From: Paraspadella gotoi
Taxonomy: Eukaryota > Animalia > Chaetognatha
Length of the DNA: 64,000 nucleotides
Direction of reading: 5' to 3'
NCBI GenBank assembly: GCA_051294375.1
Contig: CM119265.1
Span: forward strand, 29,288,540 to 29,352,539
Shown here: in pieces, positions 1-12,884 of the stretch
Position numbering within the stretch: position 1 is the stretch's first letter
Layout of the letters: every line of letters begins with the position of its first letter
Translations under genes and position numbers: made by a program
The notes under the pieces: generated by a model
What the model saw: only the letters and a program-made list of their open reading frames with translations
The model's database searches: none
Told to the model about the DNA's origin: nothing

Positions 1-127
1 AGAAATTTCCCTCCACCTTTTCAATTCGTTGGAACAAAATTCCAGTTTCCTATAATTCCGTTTCATCACCTTTTCCTCTTGGAGAATTCGGGGGAGAGAG
101 AGAGAGAGGAGGAGGGAAAGCAGAGAG

Positions 128-178
<51 letters not shown>

Positions 179-703
179 AGAGAGAGGAGAGAATCATGGG
201 ATAAGCAGGATAGAAAGAGAAAGAGGAGCATAGCAACAATACAGACAGATTGAATGGAACGTTTGCCACATTCTCCGCTCTTTCTATTAACCATATTTGG
301 ATTTCGTCCTTATTTATTGTTCTCAGTCATATTCACCTCGGCCAAGTCCAACCTTTTTTTACATTAATTTGGTAGACAAATCATCGAACATAGTCGTCAA
401 GTCCAAACTCTGTTTTTTACTCGTTTTGGAGCGTGGTTTTACCTGCGTTTTTGCATTCTGTTTCTCCGTAATAATAACTTTCTGTAGAAGACTCTCTGCA
501 AAACGTCGTTGGACATAAAGACAGATACAAAACAGAAGCAAAACAGACGAACAACAATCACACAAAAACAAAAAAAATAAGACAGCCAAAAGATAAAAAG
601 AGGGAAAGAAAAAGAAATATTTAAAATTCCATTTCGCGTTTTCGCCCATCGTTTATGATCGGTTCTGATTACCGACCCCCGATTAGTGCCAGGGAATTTA
701 TAC

Positions 704-1443
704 TTTTTTTAGTCGGGTCTGCTTATCCAGCAGATTCGACTCTATATTTCACTTTGTCGTTGTCCTTCGGTCCCGACCTCAATCTTGTTCGGGGACCAAC
801 TTATATCATGTCAGAACATCGAATTATTGATAAAGTATGCAAAAAAAAAACGATGTCCGTCGTGCCGTGTCCGTCCCTAACCTTTACAAAAACACCCAAT
901 TACTCGTGGATTGGATGGATGGACTTGAAATGCAATTTTGTGTGTGCGGTAAGGGAAGTGTGTGATCTGAGTCTGGATATAGGTTCGATGGTCTCCGAGT
1001 GGCAAATGAGTTTAAATGGAAAAAACAAAAAAATATATTTCACTATTTGAACAGCCAATTCTGCCATGAGTGGATTGGGGCGATAGACTTGAAATTTGGT
1101 ATTTGGGTAGAAGTGTGTGATAAACTGGAAATCAGTTTCGATAGAATCGTTTGAGTGTGAATAGTCTTAAGATGGAAAAACAAAGAACCTGTTTCAGCTA
1201 ATGATGAGCTCTTTTCTGTTTATTTTAAAAATGGAAAATGCAAGATGTAATTAATTACTTAAATAATTAATGCAGTTAATTATCAAATTAGTAGCAATAA
1301 TTAATCAATCAAAATGAAACTTTTTGGATCAAATTATTAATTAATTGCCTAATTAATTAAAGTAACTTAAATTATTAAATTCAATTAATTAATTACCGAT
1401 AATGACGTGGGCAGATCCGACATTTGCTTCAAAACTCTTGTTT
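704..1443 (+). mobile_element. Helentron-associated non-autonomous element (HINE/DINE-1-like), copy A of 9183-9899
   Basis: T-run start, 5' GTCGGGTCTGC, degenerate GTCC tract and 3' subTIR GCAGATCCGAC at 1411. Noisy duplicate of 9183-9899. Confidence 0.65.
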
Positions 1444-2111
1444 AAATATTCATTTCGACTCATATTATTATATAATATATAGGTTATTCCAGCTTCTTGA
1501 ATGACTTGAACCCGCTTTTCTTAAAACTTACACAATATGGATTCGCTATTTAAATACACTTTTCCCATTTTATATTTTTTTTAATATCTGAATACAATGC
1601 TGTCAATAAAATCCTAAAGAGTCTCGTGGGTTTTTTCAGGCAGATCTTCAAAACATGTTTTTTAACATTTTGTTTTTGGTTGATGAATAGATCGAATTTT
1701 CTTCAAACTGGAGCGTCTGGAATTCGTCTTTCAATAAGAGTTTAACCGGTTTAAACCGTACAAAAAAAAATGAATACAATTAAAACTGGTTCTTACAAGT
1801 TCTTACTAAACGTACGTACCTGGAAAGATAAATTGTTTTTTATTAATGTATTGCATAATTTTTTTTTGGTTTTAACCCAATTTCAATGAAAGTTATGAGT
1901 TAAGAGCTAAGAATAATATGGCATAAAAAATTGAATGCAAAATAAAAGAAGCGAAGAGAAATTGGAGAAAGAAAAGAAAACTGTCAAGATGCACTCGGTT
2001 TTATGTTCGCGCAGAAATTTTTTGGCGGAGAGAACAGATAAGTTTGAGGTGAGATAGATGGGGATCCCTCTCATCTCTCTCTGCTCTCTCTCTCTCTCTC
2101 TCTCCTCTCTC

Positions 2112-2148
<37 letters not shown>

Positions 2149-2227
2149 CTTTCTCTCTCTCTTCCTCTCACGGAAATATCTCAGCGGTTCGGCAGTAAAG
2201 CGCAAATCGCTTTTCTGTTTCCACCAA

Positions 2228-2264
<37 letters not shown>

Positions 2265-2559
2265 GCCAAATTGTCTCCAAGCTCAATTTTCTTTTTTTTT
2301 CATCATTCATGTACCTAAAGCTTAGACTTCTTCTCTCTATTTCCCTCTCTCTCTCTCTTCCTCTCTCTCTCATCTATTCAATCCAATAGTTTTCTGCTAC
2401 ATGTGACCATGCTTTTTATAATGTCAACACCATATGCCACCCAATCCATTCCATTCGCGGCCATTATGGTTAGACCTGTTTTTTTTGCGCTTTCAGCGTT
2501 TGACCTAATTTTCTCATGATCCACTTTTTCTTTATGAAGTGAAAATCTTTTGCGCAAAT

Positions 2560-2932
2560 GTTTGCATAATCTGCTTTGTAGCAGACTGCGACTCTATAAT
2601 CCCTTTGTCCGTCCGTCGGTCCTCACTCCAGAATCTTGTGGTAAGTTACATCAAATCATCATCATTATGCTAAAACACATTGGTGTCCGCCCATCCGTCC
2701 GTCCGTCTTTTAGAAATGTTTTGCACGTGGAAGAAAATTCTAAAAAGTGAGAATCTAGCAAGAAATCAAGTTTCGTCCAAGTGGAAAATAAGTAAATAGA
2801 AAAAAATAAAAAATCATGTTCCTTTAATACTTTTGACAGATGCGATTAAGGTTAAAAAATAGTAATAAACATTAATCATAATGGTATTAAATAAAGAATT
2901 ATAAAAATTATTATTATTATTATTAATTATTA

Positions 2933-2965
<33 letters not shown>

Positions 2966-2974
2966 TAATTATTA

Positions 2975-3012
<38 letters not shown>

Positions 3013-3056
3013 CGCTAAACGATTCGTGTGCAGATCCGTGTTTTGCTCAAACTACG
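2560..3056 (+). mobile_element. HINE-like element, related subfamily
   Basis: TCTGC..GCAGA 5' hairpin followed by gactctataat and GTCC repeats, an internal (ATT)n tract, and a 3' end gtgcagatccgtgttttgctcaaac. Confidence 0.55.
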
Positions 3057-4666
3057 ATTCGCTGCAAAAAAATATTTTCTAATATACAAACTAACAAATT
3101 GGAGATCAGAAAATTTTAACAAGTTCAAGAGAATTAATTAGAAATACTTTTATTTTACGTCGGCGCTGCTAAATGTACGATAACTATCTATTTATTTATA
3201 AATGTTGTGGATTCATGCACCTCAAACTAACTGACTATTTAACAATACATAATTTATTGTTTATTTATTGCTTATTTTATTGTTTTCTTGTATATTTAAT
3301 CCACTTAAGAATAACTCCTTATTATTTTTTTTAAACATGTTTTTCTCATTCACCAAGTGACCGAATTCAGCGAGAATGCTTTTTCGTCTTCTTCCATTTT
3401 CTTCATCTTTTCCAATTTTCTGCTGCTTCATTTTTTTCCTTTTTTAATTAATTCGGTCATCGAACCGTGAAACTTTTTTTCATTTTTTTTTCCCTTCTTT
3501 TCCTTTTCTTTCTTTTCCTTATTTTCTTCACTTTTTTTCTTTCCTTTTTTTCTTTTCTTTTTAAATTTCTTTCTTTTTTATTTCATAGTCTTTTCTTTTT
3601 TTTTCGCCTTTTTTTTTTTTGCCTTCTTTTCTTTTTTTTTTTTTTTTTTTCCGTTTTTTTTTTGTTCCCTTTTTTCAATTTTTATATATATTATTCATAT
3701 ATATTATAATTTCTTTCTTTCCCCTTTAATTCCTTAATTTCCCCTCCTTAATGTATTTATAATTAATTTTACTCTATACATACTTTTCATTTCTTTCTAC
3801 TTTTAGTTTTTTTCATGTTACACGCTTTCTCTTCATATTCCTTTTCCTTTTCTTTTTTTTCGTTTTTCTTTCATATTTCTTATATTATATTTTTATCTTT
3901 TCTTTTCTTTTCTTTTCTTCTCCTTTTCTTTTCTTTTCTTTTCTTTTCTTTCCTTTCATTTCCTTTATCTCTTCCTTTAACTTTTTCCTCCCCTCTCCCT
4001 TTTCATTTCCAAACTGTCCCCTTTTCGTTTCCCCTTTTCCCTTTCCTTTCGCTTTTTTACTTTTTTTCTCTCCATTTTCTTTTTCCACTTTCCCTTTTCC
4101 TTCCCCTCCTCTCTCTCCTTTTCCTTTTTCCATTTTTTTCATTTTTTATTTCCCTCTCCCTTTTTCACTTTCCCTCTCCCTTTCCATTTTTTTTTTTTTC
4201 TTTTTCCTCCCTTCCCCTTTTTCAACTTTTCCATTTTTCTCCTCTTTCTTTCTTTTCTCTTCCCTTTCCTTTTCCCCTTTTCTTTTTTTTTTCTCCCTCT
4301 CTTTTCCCTTTTTCCTCTTTCTCTCTCCTTTTCCCCCGCTTGTCCTTGTTTAATTCCCTTTTTCTCGCGTTTCCCTTTTTTTTCCTTTTTAAAATTCCTT
4401 TTCCTTTTTACACTTTTACTATTCAATTTTTTTCTTTCATTTTCTTTTTTTTCTTCCTTTTTCTTTTTCACTTTTCTGTTACTTTTCCTCTTTATTCCTT
4501 ATTTTTTTCCCTTTTTTTTTCTTTTTTTTCCATTTTTTCTTTCCGTCGTTCCGAATCTTTGACGTGTCAAAAAAATTCGGCGGGCCAACTCGAGATCCAT
4601 CATCTCTTTTTTCCTGCCCGGAATGGAACGGGTCTTTTGGTGGCTCTCTTCTCTCTCTCTCTCTCT

Positions 4667-4702
<36 letters not shown>

Positions 4703-5215
4703 CGACTCGCTCTCCGCTTCTCGTCTCTCTCTCCGTCCAATCTACTCTCCTCTCTCTCTCCTCTCTCTCAGTAAAATAACGAACGGGCATCCAGATTTCC
4801 CATAATTTTTTCACGGCGCGGGGCGGCGAGGGATAGATTTCCTGTATAAATTCGCGGCTTCGCTCGTTTCTCCTTCCTTTTCATAGATCGACTTGGAAAT
4901 TTAGGTCGATGTTCTTTTTTTTTATTTTTTCATTTGGTGATTTTGATTTTTAACTCGCCACTGAGATGTCGGGATGATAGTTTGATCAAGTCGTATTTTT
5001 AATGTAAATTCATAAAGTGTGTTTCTCTCATCGCTAACTCTCATATAATTGATGATAAAATCAATTAAAATCGGATTGCTCGTAATAAAACCTCAAATAC
5101 AAAATCTAAAATTATCATTATCTTTCTCATCTTTTGTTTTTTTTTTTTTGTTTAATTATTTTTCTCTAGAGAATTGAACAAAATGTTTTTGTTGCAACGA
5201 ATTTTTTTATAGTTG

Positions 5216-5260
5216 AACAACATGTTTCGACGCACTTGTTTTAACAGTCCTCATCCAGGT
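5216..5260 (-). ncRNA. Degraded or noisy duplicate of the hammerhead ribozyme at 17325-17367
   Basis: Same position in copy A. catgtttcgac...agtcctcatccag is recognisable but disrupted by indels. Confidence 0.4.
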
Positions 5261-6649
5261 TTTTCCCTCTTACTTTTTTTTCAATTTCATTTTTATTTTT
5301 CATAACGATATAAATCCTTATCTTTTTTTTCCTTTTTCTTCTTCTTGTTCTTTTTCTTTTCTTTTTCTTTCTTTTATATTTCCTACTCTTTTTTTAAATT
5401 TTTTTTTCTTTCTTTATTTTTTTCCTTTTTTCTCTTTTATATTTTTATTAATTTTATTTATTTTCTTTTATTTTTCTTTTTATTTTCTTTTTATTTTCTC
5501 TTTTTCTGTTTTCTTTTCTTTTTTCTTTTTTTTTTTTCCTTTTTCTTTTCTTTTCTTTTTTTTTTTACTTTTTTTTTTTTTTTTTTTTCTTCTTGTTTTA
5601 TTTTTCTTCCATTTTTTTTTCTTTTTTCTTTTATTCCTTTTTCTTTTTTTCTTTTTCTTTTCTTTTTTCCTTTTCTTTTGTTTCTTTTTCTTTTTTTTTT
5701 TTACTTTTCTTTTTTCTTTTCTTTTTTTTTTTTTTTTTTTTTTTTTTCTTTTCTCTTTTTTAACTTTTTTCCATTTTTTTTTTTTTTTTCTTTCTTCTTT
5801 TCTTCTCTTCTTTTTTTTCTTTTTCTTTCTTCTTTTCTTCTTCCTTTCCTCCTTCCTTTTTTTTTTTCTTTTTCCTCTTTTTTTTCGTTTTTTATTTTCT
5901 TTTTCTTTTAGTTTTCCTTCTCTTCTCATTTTTAATTTTCCCAGCGAATTAAAATATATGCGTCGCATTTTCCTCCCCTCTTTTTTTTCACTCTTTTCCG
6001 ACTCTTTCATAATATTTTTTTCTTAACCCTTTCTTTCCTTTTCCTCTCTTTAAAATTAATCCCGTCTATCTTTTATAACCCCCGATTTTCCATGCCCCCT
6101 CTACTACAAAAAAAACAAACCCCTTTCTTCCTTATTTCCCCCTTCCTCCTACCCTTCTCCTTATTTTCCCTTCCTCCTCGATTTTCTTCCGTCGTGAGAA
6201 TTGGGTGAATTCTGTTTCAACCTTGTAACCTAAAATACGAGCACTGCGACGACACACCGGACGACGACAACGACGCACGAGACCGACGCGGCGAACGACG
6301 ATAACATTTTGTGGCAAACTTGTGTTTTATTCCTGGTCTCTTGAATTTTTCGTGAGAGGTTCANNNNNNNNNNNNNNNNNNNNNNNNNCTCTCTCGCTCC
6401 ACTATTTCTTGGCCACATTCCCTTTTTGGTCATTCGGTTTATGTCGGTCATACATTCCGCGCTGCTAAACCAACTCGGGTCAGCTTCGGTCAGGTAGCGA
6501 GTCCAACGGAGACCCTTTCTCTTTTTTTAAAAACACAAAATCTATTGCTCTCTCTCTTTCTCTCTCTCTATTCTCCTCCCGTTCTTAAGTATATATATAT
6601 AAATATATATATTTACCTCTTCTCTTTTTCTCTCTCTCTCCTCTCTCTA

Positions 6650-6703
<54 letters not shown>

Positions 6704-7487
6704 GTCTCATTTCTTTCCTTTCTTCCCTTTATTTGTAAAACATTGGTAAAACTTATATAAACATTATAAATATTATTTTTATATATTTCTTTTTTTCATA
6801 TCTTTTTCTTTTTCTTTCTTTCTTTCTTTTTTTTCTTTCTTTTTTCTCTCTTTCTTTTCTTCACTCAACCCATTACTGACGCTGCGTTTGTTTACAAAAA
6901 GTCAGATCCCGTCTCCCATTATCCTCCAAAATCCTCCTCTACTTCCTCCTTCTCCTCTTCTTCTTCTCTTCCTCCTCCTCCTCCTCCTCCTCCTCCTCTC
7001 CCTCCTTCTATTTTCATAAAAGGCATTAATTTTCTTTCTTTTATCTCCGCTCATTATTGCAGCTTCTATTATTTTTTTCTCACCGTCTATAAATTCTTCA
7101 TTCTTATTTGTTTTACTTAAATTTAATATTAATTAAAGCAGATTAAATTAAGAATTATCTGGGAATCATTACGATATAAAATAATTATTCAAAACAGTCA
7201 AGAACATGCTCAGGACAGCATTTTTTTTAATTGGACGAATTGGATAAACTATAAAGAAAACTTAAGATTGACTATTAAAAAAAGAATAAAAAATCATTAC
7301 TAAAAAAATTACTCAACATTACGATAATTCAAATACGCGATTAATTATACCATTAATAGGGATTTCTTATACTATAAATTTTTTTAGAACTCAATGAAGA
7401 ACACGCCTAAAATGGTATTTTTTGCCAATTTTACTGTTTTAGATAATTCATAATTCTTTGTTGAAAACTTTAACCTTGCTCTTCTTC

Positions 7488-7527
<40 letters not shown>

Positions 7528-7581
7528 AACTCACAAATTGTGATTAAACTTTCTTTCGTTGTGTGTTGAGATATTTAAAAA

Positions 7582-7665
7582 TAAAGACGAAGTCTTGATA
7601 CATCAACGATTTTATTTAAAAAAAAAATAAAATAAAATCGTTGATGTATCAAGACTTCGTCTTTA
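7582..7665. repeat. Perfect 36-bp inverted repeat (hairpin) next to a hammerhead
   Basis: 7582-7617 taaagacgaagtcttgatacatcaacgattttattt is the exact reverse complement of 7630-7665. The 12-nt spacer is A-rich. Confidence 0.95.
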
Positions 7666-7707
7666 ATTTCAAATAACTCACAAATTGTATTCTAATTCAC
7701 AAATATT

Positions 7708-7755
7708 AATCGCTGATGAAGGCTCGAAAATAGTGAGCCGAAACATGTCTGCGTT
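7708..7755 (+). ncRNA. Minimal type I hammerhead ribozyme (Penelope-like/retrozyme type)
   Basis: CUGAUGA(7713-19)-A-GGCUC/loop/GAGCC-GAAA-CAUGUC. Palindromic ACAUGU helix III and GUC cleavage triplet are present, but stem I is weak. Confidence 0.75.
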
Positions 7756-8435
7756 GTTACAAATAAAATCGTTGTAAACAATTCAAAAACTTTGCTAATG
7801 TGTTAGATAAAAAATTAAACAAAGAATAGTAAATAAATTAAACACGAAATGAAACTTATACATAAAAAACGTCATGTAGTTCTCCAACTAATAATATACT
7901 TATGAATTATGTTTATTAAATATTTAAAGTATAGTAAAGATTTTTTCGGTGTCACTCGCGAACGGACACGGGGTATAAGCTAAATTATAACAAATTAACA
8001 ATAAATTTTTGTAAATTTGTCAAAAAATTAGGAACTGATTTTTTTTCTTTTAAAAACTTTTTAGTGAGTTTAATTATTTTAAAATGATAGCAATAAAAAA
8101 AGCTTTGATTAAAGCTTCACCCATAAAACAAGTTTAGAAAGACGCAATCATTAAATCCATCCTTACGCACCAGATAATAATACTCCTGCTCAATTATCTA
8201 TATGATTTCGGCAAACAGATCTGTCTCCTTGTCTCCATAAACCTTTGCACCACGCCCTTCCCCCTTAGACTCACAATCCCTTCCCCCTTAGACTCACAAC
8301 CCGGTTCCACACTTCGACGACTTTTCAAAAAAATGATCGGAGACTCGAAAATCTTCGTTGGAGGAAAATCATTCAGTCATTCGAGGAAAGGGTTTTACTT
8401 GATGGAAAGAGAGGGGAGGAGCAAAAGAAATTTTC

Positions 8436-8516
<81 letters not shown>

Positions 8517-8624
8517 AGAGTAAGAAGAATTTCCCTCCCTTTTCATTCGTTGGAACAAATTCCAGTTTCCTAAATTCGTTTCATCACCTTTCCTCTGGAG
8601 AATTCGGGGAGAAAGAGAGATGAC

Positions 8625-8662
<38 letters not shown>

Positions 8663-9182
8663 AGAGAAGAGAGAGATGAGAAATCATGGGATAGCAGGAT
8701 AGAAAGAGAAAGAGGAGATAGTCAAACATACAGACAGATTGAAGGAACGTTTTGCCACATCTCTCGCTCTTTCTATTAACCATATTTGGATTCGTCCTTA
8801 TTTTATTGTTCTCAGTCATATTCACCTCGGCCAAGTCAACCTTTTTTCATTAATTTTAGTGAGCAAATCATGAACATTAGTCGTCAGTCCAAACTCTGTT
8901 TTTACTCGTTTTTGGAGCGTGGTTTACCTGCGTTTTGCATTCTGTTCTCGTAATAAATACACGTTTCTGTAGAGACTCTTGTCAAAACGTCGTTGGACAT
9001 AAAGACAGATACAAAACAGACGCAAAACAGACGAACAACAATCACACAAAAAAATAAATAGACAGCCAAAGATAAAAAGAGGGAAAGAAAAAAGAAATAT
9101 TTAAATTCCATTTCGCGTTTCGCCCATCGTTTATGATCGGTTCTGATTACCGACCCCCGATTAGTCGCCAGGGAATTTATAC

Positions 9183-9899
9183 TTTTTTTAGTCGGGTCTG
9201 CTTATCAGCAGATCTCGACTCTATAATTCACTTTGTCGGTCCGTCGGTCCGACCCCTCAATCTTGTCGGGGATTCACTTATATCATGTCAGAAACATCGA
9301 ATTATGATAAATTATGCAAAAAAAACGATGTCCGTCCGTCCGTCCGTCCGTCTACCTTTACAAAAAACACCAATTACTCGTGATTGGATGGATGGATTGA
9401 AATGCAATTTTGTGTGTGGGTAGGGAAGTGTGTGATTGAGCTGGATATGAAGTTCGATGGAATCGTCCGAGTGGAAATGAGTTTAAATGGAAAAAACAAA
9501 AAAAATATATTTCACTATTTGAACACCAATTACCATGAGTGGATGGGGCGATAGACTTGAAATTTGTATTTGGGTAAAAAGTGTGTGATTAAACTGGAAA
9601 TCAAGTTTCGATAGAATCGTTTGAGTGGAAATGAGTTTAAATGGAAAAAAACAAAGAACCTGTTTCACTAATGATGAGCTCTTTTTCTGTTTATTTAAAT
9701 GGAAATGCAAGATGTATTAATTAATTAAATAATTAATCAGTTAATTAATCAATTAGTCAATTAATTAATCAATCAAAATAAACTTTTTGGATCAAATTAA
9801 TTAATTAATTGCCTAATTAATTAAATAATTAATTATTAATTAATTAATTAATTACCGATAATGATCGTGGGCAGATCCGACATTTGCTCAAACTTGTTT
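9183..9899 (+). mobile_element. Helentron-associated non-autonomous element (HINE/DINE-1-like)
   Basis: Starts in a T-run. 5' subTIR GTCGGGTCTGC (9191) pairs with nearby GCAGATCTCGAC (9208). It has a (GTCC)n microsatellite at about 9330 and a 3' subTIR GCAGATCCGAC (9871), then TTTG-CT-CAAA and cttgttt. Confidence 0.7.
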
Positions 9900-10325
9900 A
9901 AATTCATTTCGACTATATTATTATATAGTAGCGCGCGAGTATAAATACATTCCTTGAATTTGGTATCTTGTGTCCCTTAATATATTTTGATTTATATATT
10001 TTTTAATAAAATTATAACATTTTCGGGGTGGTTTTGAGTCGCTAACCGCTTCCGTCGAGGACAAAAGGTACATGTGTTCGTCGCTTCTCTGAAAAATTTC
10101 GAGCCGTCAAGAATTCTCCAGTTTGTCGTCTGCTCAAATCCCAAACTGCGAGGCGACCTCTGATTGGTCGATTTATGAGATCCCACTTTCTATTGAGCAG
10201 TGAATGTATCATCCGACGTAAAGAGCGAGATTCTTAAACGAAGAATTTTTTTATGCGAATATTACGAAAAACTTTTATTTATTCGTAGCTTTTATGTAAT
10301 TAGATAGTATTTAAAGCACAACACA

Positions 10326-12800
10326 ATGCCAAAAGCAAAAAAACACCCAAGACTGTATATTAATCCAGTCATAGGTCATCTAAGCTTTACCAACGCCGAT
10401 CTCCCTTGCTTCGCGAACGTGCTGAAAGCTTGTCTTTTCAAGCAGGTTGTACGAATGTTAATCCGTTTGGCTAAAGGCTTTTTTATAAAACTAGTTATAT
10501 AGTTCTTGCTTTCAAATTATTTAAATACATCTTATTAAAGGTATTAAGAACAATATATTTTAAAATATCGAGAATTAGTATTAAACTTAATCCGTTACCT
10601 TCAGGAAAAAGGGGAGAAGTGGCATCGGTTTTTCAAAGCATAGGCATGTGAATAATCGCACTTTACAGAAAAACAAATTCTTCACTTGCGATATTCAATG
10701 AAAATTCCATTCGCATCCGAATTTCAAAGGAATGGAACCTCGCATCAGAATTTCGACGAACAGAAAACAGAAAAGGCCAAAGAAAGATTTTGAACGTCGC
10801 TTGGATCGCTTATTTTATACTCTGCTTCTGTAAGTGTATCATTAAAAGCTGTGATGATGCAACCATTGCTGTGACGGAAATTGTGAGGAAAAAGCACCAT
10901 ATCGTGTGCTCATGTCACGGGAAAATAAAATCCCAAAACGGAACTCTCTTTTATCAAGACCAAAGAGAAAGAGTCGGTCATTCTTGGAAAATTACGGCTT
11001 GGACGTATTGATCAACAAGAAACAAAACGCTGCCAAAAAACTTGAGAGAAATGAAAAAGGAAAAGAAAAGCAGAAAGCTTCAATGAAAATAGAAAAATAG
11101 CAACTAAAGAAAGAGAGTTCACCAAAAAACTATGGCAAAAATTTTTTCAATGATGGTCAAGGTGAGATTTCATGTGATATTGTGAAAAGATGTTGATTTC
11201 ACAATGAACGAATTGATAAAAAATTCAAAGAAAAAATGAAATGCGTCAATCTTTCCTCACAGTAGCGCGAGAAGCAATGCGCTGGCCAGAAACTTCCGAT
11301 AGAATGGTCGCTGCGATAGTCACTGCAACATTAATCGACTTTGGTCTTGTCACAGAAGAAAATTCAACCTTAATTGTGGACCGAAATAAAATAAGAACGA
11401 GAAAAAGAAAAGCTGATAAAAAGTTATCAAGAAAAAGAATCGCGGATTAAAATCCCAGCGGAATAAAACATTATATTTTGATGAAAGATCATTCCAACAA
11501 TAGTAATTGAGGAAACCGAAACTGGCTTTAAACAAAAAAACAGAGAAGCAAGAAGCAAATTGCGGTATTGAGCAACCTAGCGAAAATATGTCACTCATTT
11601 AACGCACCATCAAAAAAGGACATGCAACTGCAACTGCCATTACAGATTTTGTTCATCAAAACAAATTGAATGACAATTGGATGTTTTAGGAGGAACTCAA
11701 CCAATACCAACACAGGATGGGAGAAAATGGAACTTTTGCACACATGAAAGATATGTGTACATCGTTTTCATTGATGATTTGCAGCCTTCATACAAATGAA
11801 TTAGGCCTCCGTCATCTTGTCCAGAAGATCTGCACAAAACAAGTGGTTCAATTCTTTTGAAGCGCTCCCGATTGGACCACTATCTCCAGTCTGTTGAATC
11901 TTTGTCTTGGACATGAAAACCTTTGAGCAAGGTGACAGGGGCCAGGAATTCGACTCTTCCCATGAGCAGTGTGTTTCAGATCTTATCCCGTGCCAACCCT
12001 ACCTCTGTACTCGGACTTACGGAAAGCATAGGGAAGGAAAAATTTGTTCATGAGCTTAGAACATAACTCCGGGACCAATCAGCCATTCAGATGGTTAAAC
12101 TCTTGCATGTCGACTTACTTCGCTCTATATATGTCTTTAATGGTTGAAGGAAGTTAAAAAAAAAATCTATATGGGTTTTGTATTTATTGTATCGAATTAT
12201 GCAGTCATGTGTTTGATGGAAATGTTTATCTGATTCTCAGGTGCTCCAAAAAATGTTTTTATCAGGATACAATTACTCGGGTACTTCACTGTCAAACAAA
12301 ACAATTGTGAAGCCTTATTATAATTCTCATGGTATTCTCATTCCGGTTGAAACGTTTGTTATTAGCTATTTATCAGATGATGATTCACAAATTAGAACCA
12401 AAGCACTTGAAAGATTTTCAAGTTAAGAAAGGCTCCGACAATCTGGTGACCAAATCTTAAGGATCTTCAAGCCTCCGAATTGATTTTAATGCAATACAAT
12501 TGAATGTTGATATATATGATTGGGAAAAAGTTGTTATACGAAATCAATACTTAACTTCTTCCACTTTCAATTTAAAGAAACAGAAAAATATTCAATATTG
12601 AAAGCTCATCTTCCCCCATTTCCAACCACGACACACAATCGGTTTTGAACGTTTAATAAGAGACATAAGATGTTGCGACATCATGTTGCCGGTTTTAATA
12701 CCCGAAGGATTGGGCTACACTACGTTGCAGAATATGCTTCGTCGTTAGAGTCTCCTAAAGCTGATACAAAAAAAAAAATTGTTAATATTAGAATATTTAA
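10326..12800 (+). pseudogene. Frameshifted hAT-like DDE transposase
   Basis: Motifs in order across frameshifts: MPKAKK..ADLPCFANVLKACLF; probable intron 10446-10604; SDRMVAAIVTATLIDFGLV..IVDRNKIR; LYFD (11471); LGG(D)STNTNTGW (about 11686); ICSLHTNELGLRHL, a CxxH motif (11777); PGPISH(S)RWL (about 12069); LSDDDSQIR; P.HTQSV(E)RL-like (about 12620). Confidence 0.85.
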
Positions 12801-12884
12801 AATAACATTATTTTTAGCAGAAATTAAGAATTCTTTACTACACTTTATTCAATGTGCAGCATATTAAATTGAAAACTAACGTTT

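Larger units (their letters stand above)
1..6363 (+). repeat. Copy A of a duplicated block (lacks the hAT element)
   Basis: Collinear with about 8526-9928 plus 13880-18128. It differs mainly by scattered 1-bp indels and ends exactly at a 25-N gap (6364-6388). Confidence 0.95.

Noticed and set aside
3467-6010. Long F/L/S-rich and K/R/E-rich ORFs (also at 21548, 44397, 54847, 59018 and others)
   Set aside because: They are translations of pyrimidine/purine microsatellites that lack stop codons, with no domain features.
7945-7985. Possible Helitron 3' end (gtgtc..gacac hairpin then gggtataagcta)
   Set aside because: The hairpin is weak, there is no clear CTRR terminus, and no matching 5' end was found.
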